This document shows positions 11,914-26,039 of a stretch of 64,000 nucleotides of DNA, piece by piece; the stretch's first letter is position 1, and every line of letters starts with the position of its first letter. The stretch is taken from positions 9,176,001-9,240,000 of the forward strand of contig OZ024743.1 of NCBI GenBank assembly GCA_964016885.1, written 5' to 3'. The notes below the pieces were generated by a model. That model saw only the letters and a program-made list of their open reading frames with translations. It did no database searches and had not been told where the DNA came from. The translations under genes and the position numbers were made by a program. The stretch comes from Eledone cirrhosa (Eukaryota).

Positions 11914-14900
11914 ATGATGTTCCAGAACAATATAAAAGAGATAATTGGCAATTTAGGTTCTGGAACAAAAAAGATAGTTGGCAATAAGGGCAGGGGTCCC
12001 AGGTTATCACAGCCTGGGCCCACTCGTCATCGTGCCATTGTAATAGAGCCAAACAAGGCATTTAGTCTTGGCTGCTGGAACGTACGGACGCTGCTTGACA
12101 GGGATTCCTTGGAGCGTCCTGAACGAAGGACCGCTCTTGTTGCAAAGGAGCTTCGACGTTACGATCTTGACATCGTGGCTTTATCTGAGACGAGGTTAGC
12201 TGGAGATGGTCATCTTACAGAATTTTGTGGAGAATATACATTCTTCTGGAAAGGAAGAGATGAAGGAACCAGAAGAGAGGCTGGGGTAGAATTTGCTGTT
12301 AAGACTGTTCTTGTGAATAAATTAGAAGAATTCCCAGTAGGGATTAGTGAGCGTCTTATGTCCATGAGAATTCCGCTGGACAAAGGAAGATATGCGACCC
12401 TGTTGAGTGTGTATGCTCCAACTATGAATTCTGTCGATGAAGAAAAAATGTCCTTTTACCATGCCTTGAAAGGTGTTTTAAGAAATATCTCTCAGGCAGA
12501 CAAAGTCATCGTGCTTGGTGACTTTAATTCTAGAGTGAGTAGGGATTTTAACACATGGAATGTAATCGGAAGGCATGGGGTGGGAAAGTGTAACAACAAT
12601 GGTATGCTCCTGCTGCAGATGTGTGAGGAGCTGGATCTGTGTGTTACCAACACCATGTTCCAACAAAAGAACAAATTCAAGACCACATGGATGCATCCTG
12701 TCTAAGGAATGGCATCTTTTGGACTACGACTTAGTCAGGATGCGTGACAGACAGGATGTGCAGTGTGTTCGTGCTCTTCGTGGAGCTGAGTGCTGGACGA
12801 ACCACCGCCTGGTACGCGCAAAAGTGAAACTAATCACTAAACGTAAAATCCGGGCTCCTGGTGTTGCCCTGCCCAAAAGATTGAATGCTGCTCGTCTTAA
12901 GGATAAAAATGTGAAGAGGACATTGGAAGAAGAGATGCAGGCTGCAGATCTTGGTGAGGATTGGCCGACCCTTAAAAAGTCGGTTTATGATGTAGGCAGG
13001 CGTGTTCTGGGATTGGTGCAGAGAAAACATCAGGACTGGTTTAATGAGAATGATGTACATATAGAAGACTTGTTTGCTGATAAGAGGAGTACTCTGTCAC
13101 GCTACTTGACGACAAAACCACAGGAGAGGAATACGTTGCATGAGGAACTCAAGGATGTAAAATCACGTGTTAGGCGGAGTCTTTCTCAGATGAAGTATCA
13201 GTGGTGGAGTGAGAAGGCTGGTGAGATACAAACTGCGTCAGATTCCAATAACACAAAGCTGTTGTACAGTCTCTTGCGTGAGGTTTATGGACCGTCTTCT
13301 TCTCTGGTGACACCGCTTCGCAGCAAGGATGGCAAAGGACTTCTTTGTGACTCACAAGGAATTCTACGAAGGTGGCGAGAGTACTTTGATGATCTTTTGA
13401 ATCAGCCGTCTGTCGTCAGTGAATATTTCCTCAATCTCATTCCAGAAAGTCCTGTGAAAGTAGCTCTCGCAGAACCTCCGACGCTTGTGGAGGTTGCAGT
13501 GGCTATCTCGAAGCTGAACAGTGGAAGGTCTCCAGGTATGGATGGCATACATGCTGAGCTCCTACAATATGGTGGTGAGAGACTCCTGCAACATCTTCAC
13601 TCTTTGTTTGGCGGGATATGGGCTAATGAATCCGTACCTGAGGACTGGAGAGATGCAGTAATGATGGTCTTGTACAAGGGAAAGGGTAACAGGAATGATT
13701 GTGGGAACTACAGAGGTATATCATTGCTTTCTGTCGTAGGGAAAGTTTTATGTAGGGTGCTTCTGGGCCGTCTGCTGACACACATTGCAGATTGTGTTCT
13801 TCCTGAAAGTCAATCTGGTTTTCGTGCTGGACGCGGCACTACTGATATGATCTTCTCAGCTGGACAGCTCCAGGAGAAGTGCATGGAACAAGGTTTGGAT
13901 CTGTATCAGGTTTTTGTCGATCTGACGAAAGCTTTCGATACTGTTAACAGAGATGCATTATGGAAGGTTCTCCAGAAATTTGGTTGCCCTGATAAGTTCT
14001 TTGCTTTAGTTAGGTCTTTCCATGACGACATGAAGGCTTGGGTTAATGTCGGAGGTAACATGTCGGAGCCTATCTCAATAAAAAATGGAGTGAAACAGGG
14101 GGATATTCCAGCACCGACCCTGTTTGCCATATACTTTGCAATGGTTTTCTGTATTGCATTCAGGAATTGCGAGCATGGTGTTTACATCCGATATCGAACC
14201 TCAGGCAGCATATTTAACATCAGGCGCTTTGCTGCAAAGACAAAAGTATTTACATCAATCATAAGAGACCTCTTGTATGCAGATGATTGCTATCTTGTAG
14301 CGCACACAGAGAGTAATATGCAGCACATTTTGAATTCATTTTCTGACGCTTGCACTGCCCTAGGATTGACTGTCAGTCTCAAGAAAACCGTCGTCATGTA
14401 CCAACCTGCTCCTGGTAAGCAGTACACTGAACCAAATATCTATGTGTATGGTAAACGACTTGGAGTGGTTGATCAGTTTGTCTACCTGGGAAGCACTGTC
14501 AATCGATACAGCAACCTTGACAGTGAGTGAAATCTCACTTAGGATTAGGAAAGCAAGTGATGCTTTCGGAAAGCTAGAAAGGCGACTCTGGGGTCGGCGA
14601 GACATATGCAGGAGGACAAAGGTAAAGGTGTACAAGGCATGTGTGCTCTCTTGTCTTCTTTATGCCTGCGAAATCTGGGTCACATATCGACACCACTTTA
14701 AGCAATTGGAGCGTTTCCATCAGATGTGTCTCAGACGGATCCATGGCCTTCACTGGAGGGACCACATCAGTCATGTCGAGATTTTGGAAATCTCTATGTG
14801 TGACAGTATAGAAGCTCTTGTGCTTAAGCAACGACTCCGTTGGAGTGGTCACCTTGCCAGGATGAAGGATTCTAGAATACCAAAACAACTCTTTTATGGA

Positions 14901-15461
14901 GAGTTGGTTAAAGGAAAACGACCGCCACATAAACCCCAAAAGAGGTATAAGGATTCCTTGAAAGCCTCTTTGAAAGACGGTAACATCTCTGCTGATACAT
15001 GGGAAAATATTGCTGCTGATCGTAATAAATGGAGAAAGACTGTATATGAGGGAAAAGTTGCTTTTGAGGCATCTCGAATCGCATACGAGAAAGTAAAGCG
15101 GGATGTGAGGAAGGGCATTGCTGTTGCACTTCCAGACGGCGAGGGTCCTCCTATGGTGCTGACACGCAGCGTCTGTGCAAGACTCTACCTAAGCATAGCT
15201 GGACTCGAAAGTCATCTACGCAGTCATAAAGTAAGACCAGTGGTTGACTACCAGGCTGCTGTTGGAGATGCTACTCATCATACTTGCCAAACATGTGGTA
15301 GAGAATGTAGATCAGCAGGAAGGCTCAAGCGACATACAAAAGTACACGAACTCCAACCACAGCCGACTATTCCCAGTAAATGTTTTGGTTGCCGACTCTG
15401 TGCAAGACATTTTAGATCATTGGCTGGGCTAAAAAGCCACATTCGATCGCAGCGCTGTTAG
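11914..15461 (+). mobile_element. Near full-length RTE-clade LINE ORF (APE endonuclease + RT + C2H2 zinc fingers) with two frameshifts
   Basis: APE: GCWNVRTL, ALSETR, VYAPT, LGDFN, TTWMHP; RT: NYRGISLLS, ESQSGFR, FVDLTKAFD, GVKQG, LLYADDC, FVYLGS; C-term RLRWSGH..R.PKQLFYGEL and three CxxC...H motifs; frameshifts near 12700 and 14525. Confidence 0.95.
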
Positions 15462-15930
15462 TTGCTATCGTGTGTGTGTGTGTATAGATATGTCTATGTG
15501 TGTGCGTGTGTGTGTATATATATATATGTATATGTATATTATTATTGTTGTTGTTGTCGTTATTATTATTGTCGTTATTATTATTATTATTATTATTATT
15601 GTTATTAATGTATATGTGTGTATGTATATATATATATATATGTGTATGTATGTATGTATATGTGTGTGTGTGTATATATATATATATATTTCTTTTTTTT
15701 AATTTTCTTTTCTTTTTTATTTATTTATTATTATTATTATTTTTTTTTCTCCTCGTGCAATGACCATACTCGATAACGAGAGGGAAGCCATCATGTATGT
15801 ATGAATGTATGTATATATGTATGTATGTTTTCGTGTGTATTATTGTGTATCTATACATATATATTTGTCTCTCAGTGTGTTGTATATAATACTTAAATAT
15901 ACGAGAAAGTGTTGTTGCTAAACAAGGTAT

Positions 15931-15973
15931 ACGATGCTGACGATAGCTAATAAGCTTGAAACTAGTACATCGT
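15931..15973 (+). ncRNA. Minimal type I hammerhead ribozyme motif (PLE pLTR-type)
   Basis: acgatg-CTGACGA-t-agct(aata)agct-t-GAAAC-ta-GTA-catcgt: stem I acgatg/catcgt, conserved core, palindromic short stem III. Confidence 0.8.
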
Positions 15974-16174
15974 TCCTGTGTCAGTGTCGAACAAAAGAGC
16001 GACGATGGTTGCCGAACACTGTACGGCGTAATTCGGGCTGTTTGTTTACAAACAAACCGAACATTATAATAAATGTTCGGTAAACCCATACGTACATATA
16101 TATATGTGTGCATGTATGTATATATATACATACTACTGTACGTCTGTACACATATATGTATGTACGTATACATA

Positions 16175-16216
<42 letters not shown>

Positions 16217-16509
16217 CGCATAGATAAGGTTTTTGTTTCACAACCACACAGTTTCGGGTTCAGTCCCACTGCGTCGTGTCATAAATAAGAGCATCGTATA
16301 TCAGTTCACGACAACTAAAAATAACTGAATCGTGTATTACATTGATTTAACAGAAAATGCATTTAAATATCAACTTATCTGTAACTGATCTCTTTCAAAT
16401 ATCACCGTAAAGAAAATACTACATCACTCTGGAAGCACATCTGACAAAATAATGATAGAAGTGAGTTTACTTACATACCATAATCTATCTTCGACAGAAA
16501 CCACCCTAT

Positions 16510-16975
16510 AAAATAATAATTTCTACTATAGGCACAAGGCCAGCAATTTGGGGGAAGTGGAAAATCGATTAAATCGACCCCATTGAATTACTGGTGCTTT
16601 ATATTATCAACCTCGTAAGGATGAAAAGCAAAGATAACATCAGCGGGATTTGAACTCAGAACATAAAAGGCCATAACTCTATGCTGCAAAGCATGGTGTC
16701 TGACGCTCTAACGATACTGCCAATCCACTACCATACCCCATAAAATAATGGTTTCTTATATAGGCACAAGGCCAGCAATTTTGGGGGAGGGGAAAGTCGA
16801 TTAAATCGACCCCAGTGCGTGACTGGTACTTTATTTTATCGACCCCGTAAGGATGAAAGGCAAAGTTAACCTTGGCGGGATTTGAACTCAGATCATAAAG
16901 GGACGTAACTCTATGCTGCAAAGTATGGCGTCTGACGCTCTACAGATACTGCCAATCCACCATCATACACTCCAT
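16510..16975 (-). mobile_element. Head-to-tail dimer of SINE family A
   Basis: Two consecutive ~230-bp copies (taggcacaaggccagcaatt...gggatttgaactcaga...gccaatccac). Confidence 0.9.
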
Positions 16976-17247
16976 AAAATAATAATAAAATATGGTGCAA
17001 TACATGCTTGGATAAATATCATACCATAAACGACTCCACAGCACATCAATATTTAACAGAAACACATGTCAACTTGCAGACACAGAATGAAGTTCATCGC
17101 TGACGTCAAACATCACATGATGCACAATTATCTTGGTGGCGTGAATTTAGTGTGAAATTATGTGACATAAATCTTTCTCTCTCTTTCTCTCGATATATAT
17201 TTATATATATTTGGGGGAGTTGACAGGTCTGATATATATTTATACAC

Positions 17248-17436
17248 CAGACCTGTCAACTCCCCCAATCCGGTGGGTAGATCTCCCATTTAGATGGGTA
17301 AGAGATATCTTCTCTTGTGAAAATAGGTATAGCTTTCATTATGTAAAATCTCCCCATTTTGCTTCATTTCTCCTCGTTTTGGGGCACTTTATTTCATGGA
17401 ACTCCCCGTTTGGGTTTTTAGAGGTTGGCAGGTCTG
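17248..17436 (+). mobile_element. ~190-bp MITE with CAGACCTGYCAAC terminal inverted repeats
   Basis: cagacctgtcaac ... gttggcaggtctg; related copies at 19095-19249 (reverse) and ~26410-26498 (partial); extra inverted TIR copy at 17211-17231. Confidence 0.8.
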
Positions 17437-17474
17437 ACACACACCCACACACCCACAGACAGACAGACAGACAG

Positions 17475-17507
<33 letters not shown>

Positions 17508-17529
17508 TGCATTTCCCTTGATGTAGAAC

Positions 17530-18056
17530 TAAAGGTGAGTTGTTAAATCGTAGGGTAAATGTTTAGTAATATTTGTTCCAGCACTTTACATTCTGAGTTC
17601 AAATCCCGCTTGGGTCAACTTTGCTTTCACCTTTCTAGGGTTGATAAGATATAGTACCAGTAAAGTACTGGGTTCGATTAAAACGACTTACCTTTTCCTC
17701 CATTTTTGTCCTTTTATCTATATTAGAAAAATCCCGCCGAGGTTAACTTTGCCTTTAATCCTTATGGGGTCAATAAAATAAAGTACCAGTAATACACTGG
17801 GTAATTGCTGGCCTTGTGCCAAAAGTAGAAACAATTATTATTGGATTCGCAGTATCTGTAAAGTATTGGACTCCATGCTTTGCGGCATATAGTTACGGCT
17901 CTTGAGCTCTGAGTTCAAATTCCACCGAGGTTAGCTTTACTTTTCATCCTTACGGGGTCGATAAATGAAGCACCAGTAACACACTGGGGTCGATTTAGTT
18001 GACGTCCCTTCCCCCCAAATTGTTGGCCTTGTGCCTAAATCAGAAACCATTATTAT
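17530..18056 (+). mobile_element. Cluster of three tandem SINE family A copies
   Basis: Repeated ctgagttcaaat.cc.ccgaggtta.cttt.c.ttt.atccttacggggtcgataaa core with attattatt tails. Confidence 0.9.
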
Positions 18057-19094
18057 TGAAATGCGTTGTTTCAGTGCCTAAATTAGAAGCTATTACTGAA
18101 ATAAATATTTTTATCCTAGAAATATTTTAGTCTTCCAAGATAGTAGAGTAACATGAAGAGCATAGCGCTGAGAAAATGTCTTACAGTATTTAGTTTAATC
18201 TAAATTATTAATTAAAATACTGTCGAGGTTAGATATGCTTTTCATTTGAATATTACATTTTATCTCACTAAGTGATTCCATGGTGTCTAGAAAACTACGA
18301 GAAAAGTACTGGAGCAGATTTAATTACCTTCACTATCGTCTACGAATGTATGGTCTTGCGTCACTGCAACTTATATTAATATAATTATGCGTTCAGGTTT
18401 GGTTAATATTTGATCAGAACTTTGATTAAAGGTATTTAATCGGCGCTCATTTAGTCTTTATTTAAACTATAATATACTTAGCCCTACATTATCCCTGATA
18501 CACGTTTTCTTCTTTTTCTATGATAAATGTGATGGGATTTGATGGAAATTTGGCTGTTATTTCTAACAAGGTGAGCGATCACATAAACATTCTCTCACGG
18601 GTCATGGTTAATATTTTGATCCATTAGGTGGTAGCTATAGCAGATGCGGTAAATTCTCGGAGGGCGACTGAAAAACATGTTTTACGATATCTGATCAAAT
18701 ATATTATATTTCATTTACGCTGTTAATGCTCCTAGCAAAATCATAAGTGATATGGCTTCCCTCTTCCTTTCTCTCTCCGTCCAGTTAAAATATAGACAAT
18801 GTTCCTTCATATTATCTGAATGTTCTGTTACAAATACAAGCGATTTTTCTTTCTTTTATTATACACAGCTACCCGACAAAAAACACGGATAGCATTTTAA
18901 TATTTACCAAGATACAATTCCCTGAATTTATCAGATAAAAAGGAACAAAAGAACAAACCCCAAAATGAGGTGTATAATTAAAACCATAACCGTTATATGC
19001 CCCATCATAAATGCGAACAAATAATTCAAATCCAACGCTATTCACGAACCAAACAAATGCCGTCCATGTACTTAAACACGACTAAATATAAAAA

Positions 19095-19249
19095 CAGACC
19101 TGCCAGCCTCTAAAAACTCAAACGGGGAGTACCATGAAAAAAAGTGCCCCAAATCGGGGAAAAATGAGGCAAAATGGGGAGATTTTACATAATGAAAGCT
19201 ATACCCATTTTCACAAAAGAAGACATCTCTCACCCACCCCATAGGTCTG
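19095..19249 (-). mobile_element. Second copy of the CAGACCTG MITE
   Basis: Reverse complement of most of 17248-17436; begins cagacctgcc and ends aggtctg. Confidence 0.8.
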
Positions 19250-19774
19250 TAAAAAATATACTAATCGTGCCCTTTAGAACCATACCTCCAAACACTCTCC
19301 TATGAATAACAATAACCAAATATATTAATTACTATTGGATATTTCATTTGCTTTCCTTTACTAGACTGTGTAATACAATCTGGTCTACATATCCAATAAA
19401 ATGATATTTTTCGATAAAATCAGAGTTAGACTATGAAATCAGTTCCTTGATCTGAAAAAAAAGCAACATTTGTCATGACAAAAGATATACAAATGTCGGT
19501 TAATGATTCCAAACTGGACTGCTCTCATCATGAGTAAAGTGAAAAAGTAAACCTAACTACTGCCTTAGATTTACTTCCTATATTTCTTTTTCTATCACTC
19601 TCTCTTACTGTTTTCCTATTTTCTTTTTTCTTTGATAGGGTTCTTTCTTTCTTTCTTCATTTATTTATTTCTATCATTCTTTCTTTCTCTCTTTTTTTCT
19701 TTGGTTCTTTCTTGTTTGTTTGTTTGTTTCTTTCTTTCTTTCGCTTTTTATTCTTTCCCTTCTTCCAAATCTAG

Positions 19775-19788
19775 CCATCTACCTATCC

Positions 19789-19861
<73 letters not shown>

Positions 19862-19897
19862 CCTACTATCTCCCTCTCTCTTTATCTACCTATCTAT
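19775..19897. repeat. (CTAT)n microsatellite
   Basis: Directly visible. Confidence 0.9.
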
Positions 19898-20749
19898 AAT
19901 CTTTATACCTTTCTTCCTTTCTACATTTCACCATTCGTTTCTTTCTCCATTTCTCCCTTTCATTAGTAAACCAAATATGAGCAAAAAAGAAGGAAAGGGT
20001 GAATCTTTCTAAATAATTGTGTAATTCGGGAATCCATTCCATCAGTTACCTGGTTTCTATTTTTATAAATCTTGTAAGTTCGTGAAAAGAAGCATCTGAT
20101 GCTAGAACTATCTTTATACAGCTTACCTGGTACAGCTGTATTTGATCCAGCAAACATTGGTAGGTCGAGTAGAAGAAGAGAAGTAAGAAGTAAGGTGGGA
20201 TGGAGAGGAGTGGCAGTTAGGAAACCTGGCTAAAACTAAATAAAGCAAGTTGTTTTATTCATTTTTCCTTAGAAATTTCTTCTTCCCACTTGAATATGTG
20301 ATTTGCATAACGTTCATTTTAGTTCTTACATTCCAATTTCTGAAAATCTGAAACAGACAGTTTAGTACAAATAAAAAATAAAAAAAATAAAAAAATAAAA
20401 AATCAACAAACAAACGAAAAACAATAACGAAAAAAAAAAAAATGCCAAGCAAATAAAAAAAGAAACGTATCAGTATTTTAGAAGTAAAAAAGGCAGCCGC
20501 TTTTTTTGGTGGGAAGTCAACTTCCTTTGATTACCTCTCCAGTATTCTGGCTGTAACATCTGAGTAGAGAAAACGAAAGTGTTTTGTAAGCTAGTGGTGG
20601 GTGGATGAGTACATTAAGATCTCCTGTTTACAGTAAATATGATTTACTGATGGTGAAACACATAGTACTAAAACGTTTTAACACCACCCAGTTATAAATA
20701 GCTAGAATCTGTATTAGAATACAGACAAGAGACTAAAAAGAAGAATAGA

Positions 20750-20807
<58 letters not shown>

Positions 20808-21161
20808 GAAAATGAGGTTTTTTTAAATAAAAAAAACGAGATGACCTACACGGGTGAAAGTATAAGGAAAAGAAATCGAAAATGCAACTGGAGACTTTTT
20901 AAGAACATTTATTTATTTCCTTTACCGGTTTCACAGTTCTTATGCTTTTCAAAAGTATAATTCAGATGGAGGGTTTGTGGTTTGTCTCGCGAGACAATAT
21001 TTTCCTTATATTTTCCTTATATATATATATAGGGAGAGTGAGGGTGAGGGAGTCTGTGGTGCTGAGACCAGGGAGACCACTAATCATGGAAGTGCCGAAC
21101 CTCCTTCGAGCCGTGGTCATGATTTTACATATCTATCTATCTATCTACCCCCCTCTCTCTC

Positions 21162-21204
<43 letters not shown>

Positions 21205-21514
21205 GTGAATTTATAGAAATATGAGAAAAGCCATAGCTAGAAGAGCTGTTAAACAGCCAAATGCTGTGAATGACGGCGAGACCAGTGGTAAGCAGAGAAA
21301 CATATAAAACAAAAGGCGGGCTATTCATAAGAAAGTGTTTATAACATCCAAACAGCCAGAAAGAAATATTTAACCGAAGGGTTTATATACCTTATCCATT
21401 ATAGTAGTATCCTAAAATGGAAATACAAATTTGCATATTACTAGCAGTCATGCTGGTCGTTAATTAAGATATATATTATGTTGTACACTAAGCAGTTGAA
21501 GTATAGTATTGTTT

Positions 21515-21583
<69 letters not shown>

Positions 21584-22304
21584 GTAGATAAATCTACCAA
21601 GAGTTTACGGTAGTGTCCAATCCGTATGAAGAACTCAATGTATTCCGGATATCATGGAAAGAAGAGATGTAATGAAAAACCACTTTCGGTGAAAGATATA
21701 TATATATATATACAGAATAAAGGTAACCAAGTAAATGTGTTTATAAATTTACACATTTTATGTAGATAGACATACAAACGTTTTTTTCTTCTGTAAATAA
21801 AATAAATGATAGACACCTTTAATCGATTTTCGTTCGATTTTGATTCTTTGGTTTAACGACACATTTTATGTTCTTCTCTAGCACTATTTCAGTTCAGAAT
21901 TGTATTCGGTTTACGTTTTTTGCTTTATATATGCATTGTGTTTATTTCACAGCTCAACACTTTTCGTTCTTGCTTTGTCCAGTCCGAATTGTTCTTCTGC
22001 AGCGGCTTCGTTTGTTACGGATAATATTGGAAGGCACCGTGTGTTTTATTGAACACTAGTACTATCACATTCAGACGACATACTTATTCGTATTTCGTGT
22101 AATTGATAGCATGTGTACTTTGTTTATTTGCCAGAATCTAAAGTCGTAGAAGCAATTGACAGGAACCTAATAACGATATGTATTGAAACTGGACTACATA
22201 ACATATTGGAGGCAACTGACGGGGCAAGCACTGTTTTGTGGTGTTTTCTAGTGTTTCTGTGTCTTATACTCTTTTTCCCTCTGTTTCTTACTCACTCACA
22301 CTAT

Positions 22305-22694
<390 letters not shown>

Positions 22695-22741
22695 CCATCC
22701 CCCCACATATATATATACATATATGACACCTCGTTCCTACC

Positions 22742-22777
<36 letters not shown>

Positions 22778-22807
22778 CACCTCGTTACTACTTATTATAT
22801 ATATACC

Positions 22808-22912
22808 CCACCGAGGTTAACTTTGCCTTTCATCCTTACGAGGTCGATAAAATAAAATACAAGTAATGTACTGGGTAATTGTTTGCCTTGTGCCAAAAGT
22901 AGAAACAATTAT
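22808..22912 (+). mobile_element. 5'-truncated SINE family A
   Basis: ccgaggttaactttgcctttcatccttacg...ccttgtgccaaaagtagaaacaatt. Confidence 0.85.
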
Positions 22913-23338
22913 ATATATATACGCACGTATATATACATACATGCATACATACAAAGTTATATATAAAGTTTCATATCCTAAGGCTATTGTTAAGAAACCC
23001 TTTGGGTAATCTTCAAAGAGAAATGCAGTGTTGGAACTACTAACCTGTCATAGTGGAATTCATTTGTAGAAATTTTTATTTAGATTTTACGCGCTGGAAG
23101 GTAACGTTTTTCACTTTATTGCGTTTATTACTTTACGGATATATAGCTAGAAACGCACACGCACGCATAAGCATGTTCGCACTCACATTTACGCGTAGCA
23201 ATGAGAAATCGTATGATCACATAAACATATGCATACAAACTTGATATATATGTACAATACATCCAAATGTATATCTATTTATTTCGTTTCTGAATTTGTT
23301 TAGCAAGATTCTTTATCTGAAAACGTGTGTTGAAACCG

Positions 23339-24685
23339 ATATTGTTATGCTTTGGGAGGGTCATGTTGCCAATAAGAAACACACGCACCAGTTACTTTCA
23401 CTCCAATTTATTATAAATTAAATTTATAAATTTAAGAATTTATAAATTTCCGGTTGGTTGGTTGGTTCCACAACCGGACGGTTGTTCATATATTGTCAAA
23501 GTTCTTTTGTCACACATTCTGTGACCTCTTCAGTGACTGGGGATTCTTTTCTTTGTTTTTGTGCCTCTCCTTTGTTCTGTCCTACGCCATCTTGTTTTTA
23601 TGTGTGTTGTGTGCTTAGTTTGCGCATGTGTTACATCCGGGTGTCTGTGTGTGTTTATATTTGTTTATTTATTTGTTTATTTACATGTTACTGGTTGGTT
23701 GTTTGTTCTATGTTTGTGTGTGCATTCATTTTGTCTTTAATTGTGAGTTGTGATGTTGCTATTCCAATCATGTTTTCTATTTAATTTTGGTTGGAGTTCA
23801 TTTATGTTTATTGCCTCTGTAATTTGTCTAAACATTGCGTCTTTTCTGTGTGTAGATTCTATTTTTATTTCTATGTTCTCTAATTTACCCTTATGTTCTA
23901 TTTTAGAATGTTGGTGGAGTACAGATGATTCTTTTCTATCTTGAAGCTCTCGCCAGTGTTCATTTATCCGTTCTCCTATACTACGAGCTGTCTCACCTAT
24001 GTACACTATATTCTTATCTCTATATTGTCCTTCAGTACACCTTATACTATATACTACATTTCTAGTTTTACAGTTAATATAGGGGATTAGTTTACAGATT
24101 ATACATTTTTTATCTATACAGGGAGGTCTTTGAAAAGAGTATACATTGCTAATAAGTATTTTTATGGAGGTGCCTGGTCTTTCTACTATCTTAATATTGA
24201 GTTTATGTTTATCTAGGGCCCTTCTAAATTTGTAAGCTAATTCACCTCTAGGGTTTGTATCGATGAACATTACACTCTGGTATTTATTGCTATCATACCA
24301 TTAGTTTATTTTATTAACCTTATTCCTAGTTCTTTCTATTCTTTTCCAAAATTTGCTCCTATACAAGGGGCAGTTCCCATTTGTATCATTATTTACCATT
24401 TTTTCCCATTTGGTTCTGGCTCCTCTATATACTCTGATTTTATCTCTCTGATTGTAACCAGAGAAATGCATACGGTGGATGAAGTGTTGTATGTGTCTCT
24501 CTAGTTCTTCGGGGTTGCACATGCGGGACACGTTTCTCATCACCCGTACCAAATCCGCAATCAGTATGTTGATTTTGGTGTGGTCCGAAACAGCTGAGTT
24601 TCGGTGGATCAGATATTTGGAAGTCATGGGTTTGGCATAATGTGTTTCTTATTGGCAACATGACCCTCCCAAAGCATAACAATAT
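23339..24685 (-). mobile_element. 5'-truncated Penelope-like element (RT thumb + GIY-YIG endonuclease) with an inverted terminal duplication
   Basis: ORFs 24301-24627 and 23737-24270 in frame across one stop: YAKPMTS..HRNSA, NVVYSIRC..YIGETARSIGERINEH, RQITEAI.I...P.LN; perfect 45-bp inverted repeat 23339-23383/24641-24685; degenerate HHR (gtca-CTGAAGA..tgac) at 23495-23537. Confidence 0.88.
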
Positions 24686-24717
24686 ATCTATTTACATTAA
24701 TATATATTTACGTGTAC

Positions 24718-24772
<55 letters not shown>

Positions 24773-24818
24773 ACATACAAATGTATATCTATTTATATTA
24801 ATATATATTTATGTGTAC

Positions 24819-24868
<50 letters not shown>

Positions 24869-25195
24869 TATATATATATATATGTTATATATGTTTGTGT
24901 TGCATGTCGAATAATATACGAGATGTTTATGAAAAACATTTGAAAGCCTTTCGTTATGGATTTTGAAGGTTGTGACCAACGTCACACACCTCATCTAAGC
25001 AAAAGTAAGGAGAGGTAATTGTAACGCCTTATTTCTCGCTTGTTGGCGGTTATCAAGACTACATTTGGTGAGATTAAAACATGGTAGAATTATATAGATT
25101 TTTCGCTTATGTACATGGGCTGATGAAGCTCATTTGCATACGAAGCAGTATCCGGCTTGGCTTAAAGGAAAATTAGTATTGGTGGTCATACATAG

Positions 25196-25317
<122 letters not shown>

Positions 25318-25679
25318 CAAAATTGCATACAGAAAGACAATTAGATAAGACGAACAGACAACGGCATTTCTACCCCATAAGCCAACTGTTGGCCTGTAAT
25401 TTCACACATCAAGGTTATATTGGACTTGTAATGCTAGTTTGTGCAACATACTGAAGAACCGCTCTGCTGCATGTCAGACGAAAACATGTCAAAGAATGCA
25501 GAAGAAAATTTGCGTGAGTCTCCCGACAAAAACAGATATATACATAATAACATTACGACTAGAAAAAATAGAAACAACAGTATTATACAATTTACAATAA
25601 GTTAACAGCGGTAAAATGAAAATATTTAGAATTTTCTCAAAGGAATGTTGTTGGGTGTCAGAGATTATCAATATCTATA

Positions 25680-25955
25680 TATACGATACTTAGTTTTAAT
25701 CGATACATATAAAATATATATAGATTATGTTTCTCAATAAAAAAGCTCTAAGAGCATCAGTTCAGAGCATCAATTATACATTATATAAAAGCATGTATAT
25801 ACTAGTAGTTTCTCAATTGATATATATACAATTTTATATATTGTTTAAATGTATTGTATAATTGACGCTCTGAACTAATGTTCGCGGAACCTTTTTATTG
25901 AGAAACATAATCGATATATATTATATATATATCAATTAAACCTAAGTATAGTATA
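25680..25955. mobile_element. AT-rich foldback/MITE-like element with ~100-bp diverged inverted arms
   Basis: gattatgtttctcaataaaaa..gttcagagc.tcaattataca vs tgtataattgacgctctgaac..tttttattgagaaacataatc. Confidence 0.65.
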
Positions 25956-26039
25956 TATCTACTCCTAATTAGTTGCGTTGTCTTAATAAGACGTATTCAG
26001 CGCTGTTTTTAGCATTTCTAGCGGCCTATCTTGTACATA

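Noticed and set aside
11854-12061. N-terminal ~70 aa of the 611-aa ORF
   Set aside because: Read-through of the (TAA)n tract and antisense RTE sequence; the LINE is 5'-truncated at ~11853
20050-20350. Minus-strand segments with good GTAAG/GTAAC donors
   Set aside because: Reading frame ambiguous and could not be linked reliably to other exons
25116-25160. CTGATGA...CGAAG hammerhead-like motif
   Set aside because: GAAA broken and stems poorly paired
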